Source: Mycoplasma sp. CAG:877 (lineage in GTDB: Bacteria; Bacillota_I; Bacilli_A; RF39; UBA660). From it: a DNA stretch of 64,000 nt. Shown here one piece after another: positions 20,150 to 29,752 of the stretch (position 1 is the stretch's first letter; each line of letters starts with the position of its first letter). Under the pieces are notes generated by a model, which saw only the letters and a list, made by a program, of their open reading frames with translations, made no database searches and was not told the DNA's origin. The stretch is from assembly GCA_000433455.1 (NCBI GenBank), contig HF992500.1, positions 32,293 through 96,292 of the forward strand. The letters are read 5' to 3'. The translations under genes and the position numbers were made by a program.

Positions 20150-20178
20150 ATTATACATAAGTATTGCATTTTTATCAA
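20150..20178 (-). promoter_or_regulatory. Sigma-A type promoter TTGATA-N17-TATAAT upstream of the ABC exporter genes
   Basis: Read on the minus strand in the 74-nt gap between the SGNH gene and the ATPase gene. Confidence 0.5.
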
Positions 20179-20185
20179 TATTCTT

Positions 20186-20923
20186 TCACTTTGATGGTTG
20201 TACAATGTACTTCATTCTTTTAGCTGTAACGACTTTATAACCTTCAGGTGACAAGTGTAGACCATCTATTGTGTACTCTAAGTTTAGATTGCCATCAGAG
20301 TCGGTTAATTCATCATACATATCAATGTATTCATAGTTATATGTTTTAGCATTTATTTCTAATTCTTTATTTATTTCCATTATTTTTTTATTTTCTCTTT
20401 TACCAACCATCCAATCTATAACTACATCATTATCTGTTTTATTATTTACAGGATAAATTGACTCAATATATAGTTTAGCATTTGGTCTGTTTTTATGTAT
20501 TTCTCTAGCTATTTTTAATATTCCATATACAATTTCATCACTACTTGAACCAGTTAGATTATTAGTTCCTATCAATAGGAATACTTTAGTAGGATTGTAT
20601 TTATATAAGTCATCTTCAAGATTACCATATACTCCGCCTACAGAGTTTCCACTATGTCCAGAATTTACAACTGGTATGTCAGGATAAAAAGTATTTACAT
20701 TATAAAAGTCAGTAATAGAATCACCAATAAAGACAATATTTTCATATTTATAATCTATCTTTTTATCTTTATCTGTTTTATTACTCTTTGGATTTTCTAT
20801 ACCTGTATATGGTTCCATTCTTTCTATTAATATTAGTCCTAGAGATATGATTGTTATAACTATTAAAAAAATAACTAACCTGATAATTATTTTGTAGTTT
20901 TTATCTGTTGTATCGGTTATCAT
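20186..20923 (-). CDS. Membrane-anchored SGNH/GDSL hydrolase-acyltransferase domain protein
   Basis: N-terminal TM segment. Block I FIGDSITD, block III GTNNL, block V DGLHLSPEGY. Confidence 0.85.
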   Translation of the reverse strand: MITDTTDKNYKIIIRLVIFLIVITIISLGLILIERMEPYTGIENPKSNKTDKDKKIDYKYENIVFIGDSITDFYNVNTFYPDIPVVNSGHSGNSVGGVYGNLEDDLYKYNPTKVFLLIGTNNLTGSSSDEIVYGILKIAREIHKNRPNAKLYIESIYPVNNKTDNDVVIDWMVGKRENKKIMEINKELEINAKTYNYEYIDMYDELTDSDGNLNLEYTIDGLHLSPEGYKVVTAKRMKYIVQPSK

Positions 20924-20925
20924 TT

Positions 20926-21978
20926 TTAATCAATCTCCTTTTTTATTTTGTTAAGAATTGTACTGTTTTTTAATTTACTTGTAACATAGGCATAACTTTT
21001 TTCTAGGAAAATTGCTATAATGGTTGCTAAGACAAAGTTTGTTACTAACATACAAATAAACTTTATTATACTATTATGTAGTGGAAAACGAGCAATTATT
21101 ACGTATAGTAATGATGATGATATTCCTTGAGCAAAATAGTAAAATATAGCATTTTTACCTATATAGTTTATTTTATTATTATCAATTATTTTTAGTTTAT
21201 CTTTTAAATACCAAGTTAGCATAATAGAAAGATTTGAAAAGATTAGATATGGAACACTTGGTGGGAATTTTATATTTTGAATACTATTTATACCAATGTT
21301 TAGGAAATAAAATGTAAGTAATAATATGAGAATGTTACTGGTTTCTAAAATAATTAATTTTTTAGATGAGGTTATCTTTTTCTCATGTGAGATATATCCT
21401 AGTAAATATATAAATGAATAGAATGTTATATATTGTAAACGTACCATTGAACCATTTTGGGCACTTACGTATAAAAATAACATAAGAGTAAATGGAAGTA
21501 TTATTTTAGTTAAAGTTTTGTAGGCATCTTTCTTTAAATAGTAGTTGACGCTACAGATTACTATTGAACATATTACAGATACTGCAATATACATTTTCAT
21601 AAACCAAATTGAACCAGCTACGATTGGTAATTCTTTTGGTTCTTTAAATGTATAAGCTAGCCATGATATTACTTCCGATAGATTTATATGACTTTTGAAA
21701 AAGACTAGTAGTATGATTGTAAAAAATACTAAAAAGTATAACCACTTTTTCCACTGACCTATTATTCCTTTTATATTTTTAATTATAGAGTTAACATAAT
21801 TAAATGATAATCCGGCTAAAAACATAAACACTGGAACATCAACTAGTAAGGTTAGACTACTAAACCATCTTGGTAGATATCCTTCTCCAGACCACCAAGC
21901 AGTATGAATTATAATTATAGAGATGGTTGCTAAACCTCTTAAAAAATCAATATTATTATTTCTAGTTGCTTTTTTCAT
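20926..21978 (-). CDS. Acyltransferase family 3 (AT3) membrane protein
   Basis: About 10 TM helices. N-terminal NNIDFLRGLATISIIIIHTAWW is the AT3 signature. Confidence 0.85.
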   Translation of the reverse strand: MKKATRNNNIDFLRGLATISIIIIHTAWWSGEGYLPRWFSSLTLLVDVPVFMFLAGLSFNYVNSIIKNIKGIIGQWKKWLYFLVFFTIILLVFFKSHINLSEVISWLAYTFKEPKELPIVAGSIWFMKMYIAVSVICSIVICSVNYYLKKDAYKTLTKIILPFTLMLFLYVSAQNGSMVRLQYITFYSFIYLLGYISHEKKITSSKKLIILETSNILILLLTFYFLNIGINSIQNIKFPPSVPYLIFSNLSIMLTWYLKDKLKIIDNNKINYIGKNAIFYYFAQGISSSLLYVIIARFPLHNSIIKFICMLVTNFVLATIIAIFLEKSYAYVTSKLKNSTILNKIKKEID

Positions 21979-21994
21979 TTTAACTCTCCTACTA

Positions 21995-22558
21995 CTATTT
22001 TACATTTATTTCTTCTACACTTTCTTTTTTTACAAGATAAGCATGTTCTGCTATTTTCATAAGTGGCAAATCAGACATTGAATCTGAGTAAAAGCCCGTT
22101 ATTTTTTTATTATTAAATTCTTCATTAAAGCGATGAACTTTTTCTTCACCATAGCAATTTTTACCTAAGAATGTGCCTGTTTTCTTACTTACTTTACTAG
22201 CAATAATTTTTATTTTTAATTTTTTCTCTAATGGTTTTAGTAAAAACTCAGGAGATGCAGATATAATTACATCACTTGTTTTACTTTGTTTTTTATACCA
22301 AGTTTTTATTTTTACTATTTTTTGTTTCCAAAATACTTCTACAGTCTTATCAATATTATCTATTTTTTTTACAAATGAAAAGAATTGTGATTTAAAATAT
22401 TCTTTATCTTTTATTTTTAATTTATATAAAATCATAGCAAATACTTGTTTTGGTAATAGTAAAATAATTGATTTTTTTCTTTTTAAACAAAATAGGTAAA
22501 AATCAATTGACGAATCTCCATCATATATTGTTTTATCAAAATCATAAACATTTAGCAT
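21995..22558 (-). CDS. HAD-IB family phosphatase
   Basis: Motif I VYDFDKTIYDG, motif II IISASP, motif III Lys (GKNCYGEEK), motif IV YSDSMSDLPL. Confidence 0.75.
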   Translation of the reverse strand: MLNVYDFDKTIYDGDSSIDFYLFCLKRKKSIILLLPKQVFAMILYKLKIKDKEYFKSQFFSFVKKIDNIDKTVEVFWKQKIVKIKTWYKKQSKTSDVIISASPEFLLKPLEKKLKIKIIASKVSKKTGTFLGKNCYGEEKVHRFNEEFNNKKITGFYSDSMSDLPLMKIAEHAYLVKKESVEEINVK

Positions 22559-22645
22559 AATAGATTTTTTTCCTCCTATAAGTTCTATCTTTGTATTTAT
22601 CGACGACTTATTTATTTCTTTGGTAGTTCGATATAACTATTTACA

Positions 22646-22654
22646 ATTATAGCA
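22646..22654 (-). promoter_or_regulatory. Extended -10 element (TGCTATAAT) in the 184-nt gap between the UbiA-like and HAD genes
   Basis: Read on the minus strand. No convincing -35. Confidence 0.35.
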
Positions 22655-22742
22655 TATTAAGTAATTATTTCATAAAAAAATGTCGTTTCTTTGACCTTTT
22701 TTAAGCTATTTAACATAGTATTTTGACAAAGTTATAGGCTTA

Positions 22743-23624
22743 TTATAACAAGTACAATAAGCCTCCCATTACTAAAACATATAAAATTACGATCGCTATT
22801 AGTTTTTTGTCTGATAAAACCACTTCGATAGGATCACCGTGTGAGTTTCCTTCAATGTTTAGACTATATAGCTGTAATATTATCATTACTAGTGGTATAG
22901 TCCAGAATAAGTAATCGTTACCTATTCTTGCTACTGTTGCTGGATCAACACACCATAATGTATAAGATACTATAGCTAGTCCTAAGCAAACGTACATATT
23001 CTTGTCTAAGAATTCTTTATTGTATAAACTTAGAACTTTTCTACTCTTGTTACCATTTTTAATAATTTCATTTCTTCTTTTACCAAAGCCTAAGTAGAAT
23101 GATCCAAAGATAATCATTAAGTATAAGAATTTAGAAACTTCTACATCTACAACTACTCCACCATACATAACACGTAAAACGAAACCTGATACTAGTATTA
23201 CGACATCGATGATAGGTTCATTCTTTAACTTTTTACTATATAAAATATTTAGAATTAAGTAAATTAATGGAATTAATATTACAAAGATATTTTTAGTAGT
23301 CTTGAAGAAGAAGACCATTATAATAGCAATTACGATAGCTAGTAAAAGCATTACTATATAGGCTTGCTTTTTACTAACCTCTCCTGATGCTAGAGGTCTA
23401 AATTTTTTTACAGGATGTAATTTATCTTTTTCAATATCACTCATATCATTTAGAATATATACTATTGATGATGTAAAACAGAATACTATAAAGGCAAGTA
23501 AACATGTTAATAAATAATTTAGATTAAAAAGATTTAAACTAAAGAAGATTGGTAAGAAAATTAAACCATTTTTTAACCAATGTTTTGCTCTAATAAGTTT
23601 AATGTACTTTTTCATTTGTTTCAA
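22743..23624 (-). CDS. UbiA-superfamily polyprenyl-phosphate phosphoribosyltransferase-like protein (DPPR synthase / Rv3806c-like)
   Basis: Eight to nine TM helices. LNDMSDIEKDKLHPVKKFRPLASGEVS matches the NDxxDxxxD..HPxKxxRPxAxG region I recall from decaprenyl-phosphate 5-phosphoribosyltransferase. Confidence 0.75.
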   Translation of the reverse strand: MKQMKKYIKLIRAKHWLKNGLIFLPIFFSLNLFNLNYLLTCLLAFIVFCFTSSIVYILNDMSDIEKDKLHPVKKFRPLASGEVSKKQAYIVMLLLAIVIAIIMVFFFKTTKNIFVILIPLIYLILNILYSKKLKNEPIIDVVILVSGFVLRVMYGGVVVDVEVSKFLYLMIIFGSFYLGFGKRRNEIIKNGNKSRKVLSLYNKEFLDKNMYVCLGLAIVSYTLWCVDPATVARIGNDYLFWTIPLVMIILQLYSLNIEGNSHGDPIEVVLSDKKLIAIVILYVLVMGGLLYLL

Positions 23625-25350
23625 CTCCTATTCTCCAGCTATATTTATAGCGCATATTTTCTGTGGTAATGTCTTCTTTGATGGTATAGTTTACACCATT
23701 GTCATTTAAGGTATAGTAATAACCATATAAGTCATGCATACCAGTAAGTTTTAATTTTAAGTCTTTTGTATTTTTCATTTCTTTTATATCTTTTGATATC
23801 TGGCTAAATGTTTCTAGTTGTTTTACATTAATATAAGCATAAGCTAAAGTGTTAAGACATAGTAGTAATAATGATAAAATAGTTATGGCTTTATTTACTT
23901 TTGTTTCATTATATTTTCTTATATATACTAAGGAAAGAATTGCTCCTACTGGGAATAAGTATAGTTGAGGAACATATCTTGCCCACCAGTTTTCACCTAC
24001 TAAAATTGAACTTATGATAATTGCTATTGCTGGTAAATAAATGTATGGAGCAAAAGATTTTTCTTTTCTTATTATTTTTACAACTGAATATATAAGTATT
24101 GGGGTTGTAATTATTACAATTAAGGCAAATAATGGACCAAATCCACCTATTCTTACATCGGGTGCATATAATTCACCAATTTCTGATTTGTATACTTTTA
24201 TTGGTAATTTTAATTGAGGTTCCCTATCTCCATAGACAACATTTTCTGTTTTAGAAAATAAAGATACAACAAATTTTTCGACCATATTTTTATTTTTAAA
24301 AGATTTAGGTTGCATTGTAGTTATAATATCAACTTTATCTTTACCAATGATTGGATATAATGGATTATGATGATCTATAGTGTTTTTTACATAAGAGTTT
24401 AAACCTACAAAGAAGATTGCTGTTACAAAGACAATTATAAAGTTAATAGTAACTCTTTTAAAGATTGTAACAAAGTCTTTATCTTTACGATATTTTATTA
24501 ACCAGTAAAAATAGAATGTTGCGGCTATAACACCTGAACATAATAGACCGGTATATTTAATATTAGTAAAGATTGTACAAATTGATACTAGACATAACCA
24601 AATCCAAATATTTGTCTTTTCTTTAGGATTTACTAGAAATAATAGTAAGATTTCTATTAGGAATAAAATTCCCATAATACCATCAACATAGTATGTAAAG
24701 AATTGAGCTAAAACAATAGGATTTAATACTACTAAACTGGATATTATATAAGACCATTTTTTATCTAGAATTTTTCTTAGAATGTTAAAATTAATAATGA
24801 ATAACATAATAGATAAAATTAGGGTTATACATTTACCACTTTCAATATTTCCTGTCATATTATAAATTGTTGCTGCTACAATCCAAGTGGCTTTTGGATA
24901 ATGTTCAATCCATAAATCTATTTTTACGCCTTTTTCTATTTTTACAACATTATCATTATTTTCTTGGAACTTTCTACTAGTTTCATACATTGGATTCCAA
25001 CCATTTTTTATAAAAGCTATAGCAGTTTTATGATAAGAATTACCATCAACTGTTAAATCGTAAGTCTTATTATAAATAAATGGTACAACTAATAATATGA
25101 ATAAATATATTCCAATTACAATTAGGATATCTTTTGTCTTTTCACTCTTTTTATATAGTAATACGATAATTGGAATTGTTATACTTAATATTTGAATAAG
25201 GCTTAAAGTATTTGCTAGTTTTAATAATTCAAATGCTGTAAATAGTGATAAAACTAGTAAAAAATAACCAGCCAACATTACAAATAAAAGCATAGAGTTA
25301 TTTAATTTGAACTCTTTATTCTTCTTTTCTTTTTCTCTTTTTATTTTCAT
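23599..25350 (-). CDS. Large polytopic membrane protein, candidate GT-C fold glycosyltransferase
   Basis: 583 aa with about 12 TM helices, an acidic first loop (YDLTVDGNSYHK) and a ~80-aa soluble C-terminus. Its 3' end overlaps the UbiA-like gene by 26 nt. The fold assignment is inference. Confidence 0.45.
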   Translation of the reverse strand: MKIKREKEKKNKEFKLNNSMLLFVMLAGYFLLVLSLFTAFELLKLANTLSLIQILSITIPIIVLLYKKSEKTKDILIVIGIYLFILLVVPFIYNKTYDLTVDGNSYHKTAIAFIKNGWNPMYETSRKFQENNDNVVKIEKGVKIDLWIEHYPKATWIVAATIYNMTGNIESGKCITLILSIMLFIINFNILRKILDKKWSYIISSLVVLNPIVLAQFFTYYVDGIMGILFLIEILLLFLVNPKEKTNIWIWLCLVSICTIFTNIKYTGLLCSGVIAATFYFYWLIKYRKDKDFVTIFKRVTINFIIVFVTAIFFVGLNSYVKNTIDHHNPLYPIIGKDKVDIITTMQPKSFKNKNMVEKFVVSLFSKTENVVYGDREPQLKLPIKVYKSEIGELYAPDVRIGGFGPLFALIVIITTPILIYSVVKIIRKEKSFAPYIYLPAIAIIISSILVGENWWARYVPQLYLFPVGAILSLVYIRKYNETKVNKAITILSLLLLCLNTLAYAYINVKQLETFSQISKDIKEMKNTKDLKLKLTGMHDLYGYYYTLNDNGVNYTIKEDITTENMRYKYSWRIGVETNEKVH

Positions 25351-25357
25351 GTTTTTC

Positions 25358-26302
25358 CTACTTTCTATATATTTTACAATATAATTTTGTCAAGAATTTA
25401 CTTTTTTCTATTGTTCTTTTTAAGATACTTCTATTTTTAAAATATTTATTATTTTTATAATCTGGTACTTCTTTTTCTAGATAAGAAAATGCTTCATCAA
25501 TGAAGTCCAAGCCAACATTTTTATCTTTTTGATTTCTTTGTTGAATTGTGTAATTAGTAATTATTCTAACTGTTAATTTATTTATTTCTTCTTGTAAATA
25601 GGCTTCATTTTTAGTATTTTTTCTAATTAAATCAATTATTTTTAAAATATCGAAGCAACGTTTATCTCTAACTGTTGTTTCACTATTACCATGAATTAAA
25701 TAATAATTTAGATACTCATCAACTTTAATTATTTTTCCTGCTTTAGAGAATGCCTCTATTACAAATGGAGCATCTTCATATTTTAAGTTTTCAACAAATT
25801 TAATCTTATTTTTGGTAATTAGTTCTTTCTTATATAATTTGTTCCATGGTGCTAGATTTATTTCATTAACTAGACTCGGAGTTTTTCTAAGTGTTGTTGG
25901 TTTAAAACTTAGTAATTTTATTTTTTCTTCTTCTCCAGAATCATATATTTTATAAAAATCACAGATTGCTAAGTCAGCAGCAGCTTTTTCAGCGTTTTTA
26001 TAAAGAATTTCACAGGCATTATTTTTAAGATAATCGTCACTATCTAAGAACATAATGTACTTACCTGTTGCTTTTTCAATACCAAAGTTTCTTGTTTTAC
26101 CAATACCTTGATTTTTATTTTTGAAATACTTGATCCGGCTATCTTTATATGACTTTATTATTTCTTCGGTTTTATCCGTTGAACCATCATTTACTAGGAT
26201 AAACTCTAACTCTTTTTTTGTTTGATTAATTAGTGAATCAATACACTTGTTTAAATACTTTTCAGCATTATAAATTGGAACAATAACACTTATATCTACC
26301 AT
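25358..26302 (-). CDS. GT2 family glycosyltransferase
   Basis: Motifs ISVIVPIYNAEKYL, ILVNDGSTD and MFLDSDD. Confidence 0.9.
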   Translation of the reverse strand: MVDISVIVPIYNAEKYLNKCIDSLINQTKKELEFILVNDGSTDKTEEIIKSYKDSRIKYFKNKNQGIGKTRNFGIEKATGKYIMFLDSDDYLKNNACEILYKNAEKAAADLAICDFYKIYDSGEEEKIKLLSFKPTTLRKTPSLVNEINLAPWNKLYKKELITKNKIKFVENLKYEDAPFVIEAFSKAGKIIKVDEYLNYYLIHGNSETTVRDKRCFDILKIIDLIRKNTKNEAYLQEEINKLTVRIITNYTIQQRNQKDKNVGLDFIDEAFSYLEKEVPDYKNNKYFKNRSILKRTIEKSKFLTKLYCKIYRK

Positions 26303-26307
26303 AAAAC

Positions 26308-27228
26308 TTACCTCTTTATTAATTTATAATAAACCTTTGGACTTATTTTTAATAATACTCTCTTTACTTTTCTAGGAAGTGTGTCTGTTAAAAGATTATC
26401 AAATACTTTGTTGTTTTTTAGTTTTTTTAGATATATTCGATAGTCTTTATTGTTTAGTTCAGTTATTTTTAATATCATACAGTTAGCAATATAACTTTTG
26501 AAGATTTTCAAATCACCTTTTATTTCTTTGGATTCTTCTAGTAGATTGTTGTAGTGATAATACATATCGTCTACTTTTCTTTTTGTCCAGTCATAGTTTT
26601 TATTATTCATAATACTACCACTACGTCTATAGTAATCATAACCAATATATTTGATTGAGTTTACTTTTTTAGCTTTTAGAATTATTAAAGGCACTAAGCC
26701 AAAATCTTCATGAACAGTTCCTTTCTTAAAGGCAAACTTTTCTTTTTTGTAATAACTCATTTTATAAGCGTAACACCAACAACTATCTATGAAATGAAAT
26801 TTTACTATTTTTTCAAAAGCTTTTTTACCAGTTAAATTTTCAAATGTTTCTTCTTCATATTTTGTAATTTCTTTGTTATCATTAACAGTTTGAATTTGAA
26901 ATCTTATTACGTCCGGATTATTTTCAGTTGATTTATCTAGTTCTTTAAGCAAATCTTTTTCCCAGTAATCATCACTATCTAGAAAAAGTAAGTATTGTCC
27001 GTGAGCTTTTTTTACGCCAATATTTCTAGCTTCACTTACACCTTCATGGGCAGATTTGATTATAGTTAGATCGTATTTTTTTGCTTTTTCAATACTTTTA
27101 TCTGTACAACCATCATCTACTAGTATTACCTCAAAATCTTTAAACGATTGATTAAAAACACTATCTAGACATCTTTCTATGTATTCTTCAACATTATATA
27201 CAGGTATTATTATACTGAACTTTGGCAT
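26308..27228 (-). CDS. GT2 family glycosyltransferase
   Basis: Motifs FSIIIPVYNVEEYI, ILVDDGCTD and LFLDSDD. Confidence 0.9.
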   Translation of the reverse strand: MPKFSIIIPVYNVEEYIERCLDSVFNQSFKDFEVILVDDGCTDKSIEKAKKYDLTIIKSAHEGVSEARNIGVKKAHGQYLLFLDSDDYWEKDLLKELDKSTENNPDVIRFQIQTVNDNKEITKYEEETFENLTGKKAFEKIVKFHFIDSCWCYAYKMSYYKKEKFAFKKGTVHEDFGLVPLIILKAKKVNSIKYIGYDYYRRSGSIMNNKNYDWTKRKVDDMYYHYNNLLEESKEIKGDLKIFKSYIANCMILKITELNNKDYRIYLKKLKNNKVFDNLLTDTLPRKVKRVLLKISPKVYYKLIKR

Positions 27229-29543
27229 TATATCACCCCATCAAATAATTTTTCAAATTCAACTATCCTTGACTTTTGAATTTCTTTAATATCTATAGTT
27301 TTTGTTTTTCTAGGATTTTTCAACTCATTTTCAACATCTTTTAACATTTTTTTCTCATCTGTAGAAATTATTGTAGCATAGTCTTTTCCTATATTAATAG
27401 AATCATCTGAAACATCTATCGTCGTTAGAATTTTTTTGTTTAGAGTAATTGCTTCTAGATAAGTAACCGGAAATCCTTCATAATCAGATGTTAAAATTAT
27501 ATAGTCGGCTAGACCGATGTATGGATAGGGGTTTTTCTTTTGCCCTACGAATATCACTTGTTTTGATAAGTTACTTTTGATGGTTAGATCCTCATACATT
27601 TTTCTATCTGGTCCATCACCTACTATTAATAGATTTACATCAGGTAAATTTTTTACTAAGTTTATTGCTCTTGATACTTTCTTAGAAGAGTCATCTAAGC
27701 GACCAATAAAGACAAATAACTTTTTATTTTTAGGATGTTTTTCAGATATTTTTTCAGTACTTAGTTTTAGTATTTTATCTGGGTTAATAAAGTTATTTAG
27801 AACTAGACATTTGTCTTTTAGATTTGGATATATTTTTAAGAAGTCTTTCATAGCTTCATTAGCAACAAAGATTATTTTTCTATATTCAGTTATATGTCTA
27901 TTATCAAAGAAGTTCATAAACTCTTTCTTATCCTTATATATATACTTGTAATTACTATGAACATAAAAAGCATTATTAGTTGATGCAGTCCTTGCAATTT
28001 TATCAGATGACAAACTATATGTTGTGTAGCAACAACTAAAATCATAATTATGATAGTTTAGTATAGAATAATTTAACTTACGTAAGAAGTTTAGTGCTTT
28101 TCGAATAATAACATTATTATTAGTAGAAACTTTTAACTCCTCTACTTTAACACTTTTATTTACATCTTTTAGAAGTACGCCTTCTTTTTTCTCCATAATT
28201 AAAGTTACATTATATTTATTGTAATTAATATTATTTAATAAATTAATAATAGCAGTTTCTATTCCACCTATTTTTAAGTTGTTTATAGCAAATAATAAGT
28301 CTTTCTTTTCTCTTGGAAATAAATAAAGAAGTAAAATTATTATTAAAAGACTTACTGATGGAGATGTTATTATATGACCAGTAAATAGTGATAAGAATAA
28401 TACTAGTAAGATACTTACATTTAACATGTAAGAGTTAAAATCTAGGCTCTTTTTAGTAGTAGTTGACTTTATTAAGATATAAATATATACAGAGAAGAAA
28501 ATTATAAAACCAATAAGACCATGATTAAAATAAATATCTAGATAGTCCATTTCTATTAGTTTAGCTTGTTTATTACTATCATAATAACCTATTCCAAATA
28601 ATTTATTAGTTATATTAGAATTATCGTAAGTATATTTTCGATCAGTAAAGAAAGTTACACGTTGGCTAAAGATAAAATGATCAATTAAATTACCATTATC
28701 AATAATATCAGTTACATCTTTTATTTTTAAGTAATCTAGATGGACTTTGATATTTTTATAAAAGTTAGTTTTAGGTATTGCTACTAAAAGAGATACTATA
28801 CCAATTACTATTACTAAAAAAGAGGTAAAAATAGTTTTATACTTTTTATTTTTAAAGGACTTGATAATAATCCAAATAAAAGTCATAGCGATTGTGATTA
28901 ATAAAGATAGTAATGGTGTTTTAGTACCAATAGTTAGTATTACTACTAAGTATAGTAATGTATAAATGGTTTTTAAAATAATACCTTTTTTATCATTAGT
29001 TTTATTCATAAATATAATAAATATTATAGGAGTTAAAATAGAAATAATACCAGATATTTCATTGGCAGAATTATAGTAACCTAGAGTACCTGACTTAGTT
29101 ATTTCGTAACTTTTAAAACCAACATGTAAAATCATTGGAATAAAAATACAAATTAAATAAAGAGATAAAATTGTGAATAAAGTTAATTTACTTATTCTTA
29201 TTTCATCTTTTAATTCATATAAAGATATTAATAATAATGGAAAATAAAATACTCTTAGAAGACCTTGTACTTCACCAAATAAATTACTTTTACCAAGTAC
29301 TAGTAAATAAATAATACTATAGATAAAAAATACTAAGTAATATATTAGGGGTACTTTCTTCTTATATATAAAAGTAGTTACTAAGACTATAAAGAATAAA
29401 AATAACATTCTAATAATAATACCTAGAGTTAAATTTAGGTTAAATTCATGTAAACAAATACCAGTAATAAGATCTAATATTGGTTGAATTAAAATAAAGA
29501 TACTTATTATTTTACTTAAATTATTTTTTATTGTTTTACTCAT
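27228..29543 (-). CDS. Fusion: O-antigen ligase/polymerase-like (Wzy_C) membrane domain + C-terminal GT4 glycosyltransferase
   Basis: aa 1-410 have about 11 TM helices with EMDYLDIYFNHGLIGFIIF, a Wzy_C-like loop. aa 415-771 are GT4 (LKIGGIETAIINLLN, FIGRLDDSSKK, SDYEGFPVTYLEAITLNKKILTT). Confidence 0.8.
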   Translation of the reverse strand: MSKTIKNNLSKIISIFILIQPILDLITGICLHEFNLNLTLGIIIRMLFLFFIVLVTTFIYKKKVPLIYYLVFFIYSIIYLLVLGKSNLFGEVQGLLRVFYFPLLLISLYELKDEIRISKLTLFTILSLYLICIFIPMILHVGFKSYEITKSGTLGYYNSANEISGIISILTPIIFIIFMNKTNDKKGIILKTIYTLLYLVVILTIGTKTPLLSLLITIAMTFIWIIIKSFKNKKYKTIFTSFLVIVIGIVSLLVAIPKTNFYKNIKVHLDYLKIKDVTDIIDNGNLIDHFIFSQRVTFFTDRKYTYDNSNITNKLFGIGYYDSNKQAKLIEMDYLDIYFNHGLIGFIIFFSVYIYILIKSTTTKKSLDFNSYMLNVSILLVLFLSLFTGHIITSPSVSLLIIILLLYLFPREKKDLLFAINNLKIGGIETAIINLLNNINYNKYNVTLIMEKKEGVLLKDVNKSVKVEELKVSTNNNVIIRKALNFLRKLNYSILNYHNYDFSCCYTTYSLSSDKIARTASTNNAFYVHSNYKYIYKDKKEFMNFFDNRHITEYRKIIFVANEAMKDFLKIYPNLKDKCLVLNNFINPDKILKLSTEKISEKHPKNKKLFVFIGRLDDSSKKVSRAINLVKNLPDVNLLIVGDGPDRKMYEDLTIKSNLSKQVIFVGQKKNPYPYIGLADYIILTSDYEGFPVTYLEAITLNKKILTTIDVSDDSINIGKDYATIISTDEKKMLKDVENELKNPRKTKTIDIKEIQKSRIVEFEKLFDGVI

Positions 29544-29752
29544 TTTAATATACCTCTTACCGTATGTGGATTTTTATACTTATTGATGTAAATAGATTAA
29601 TGTATTAAACATCCTCTATTTACATAATATCATTTATGAATTGGTTAGTCAAATATTGATATATAGACATTCTTTGACATATTAAGGGTTTGTTAGTGTT
29701 TGTATTTTACAATATTTATTATATAATTATATAAGAAGATGAGGTGGTTTAT

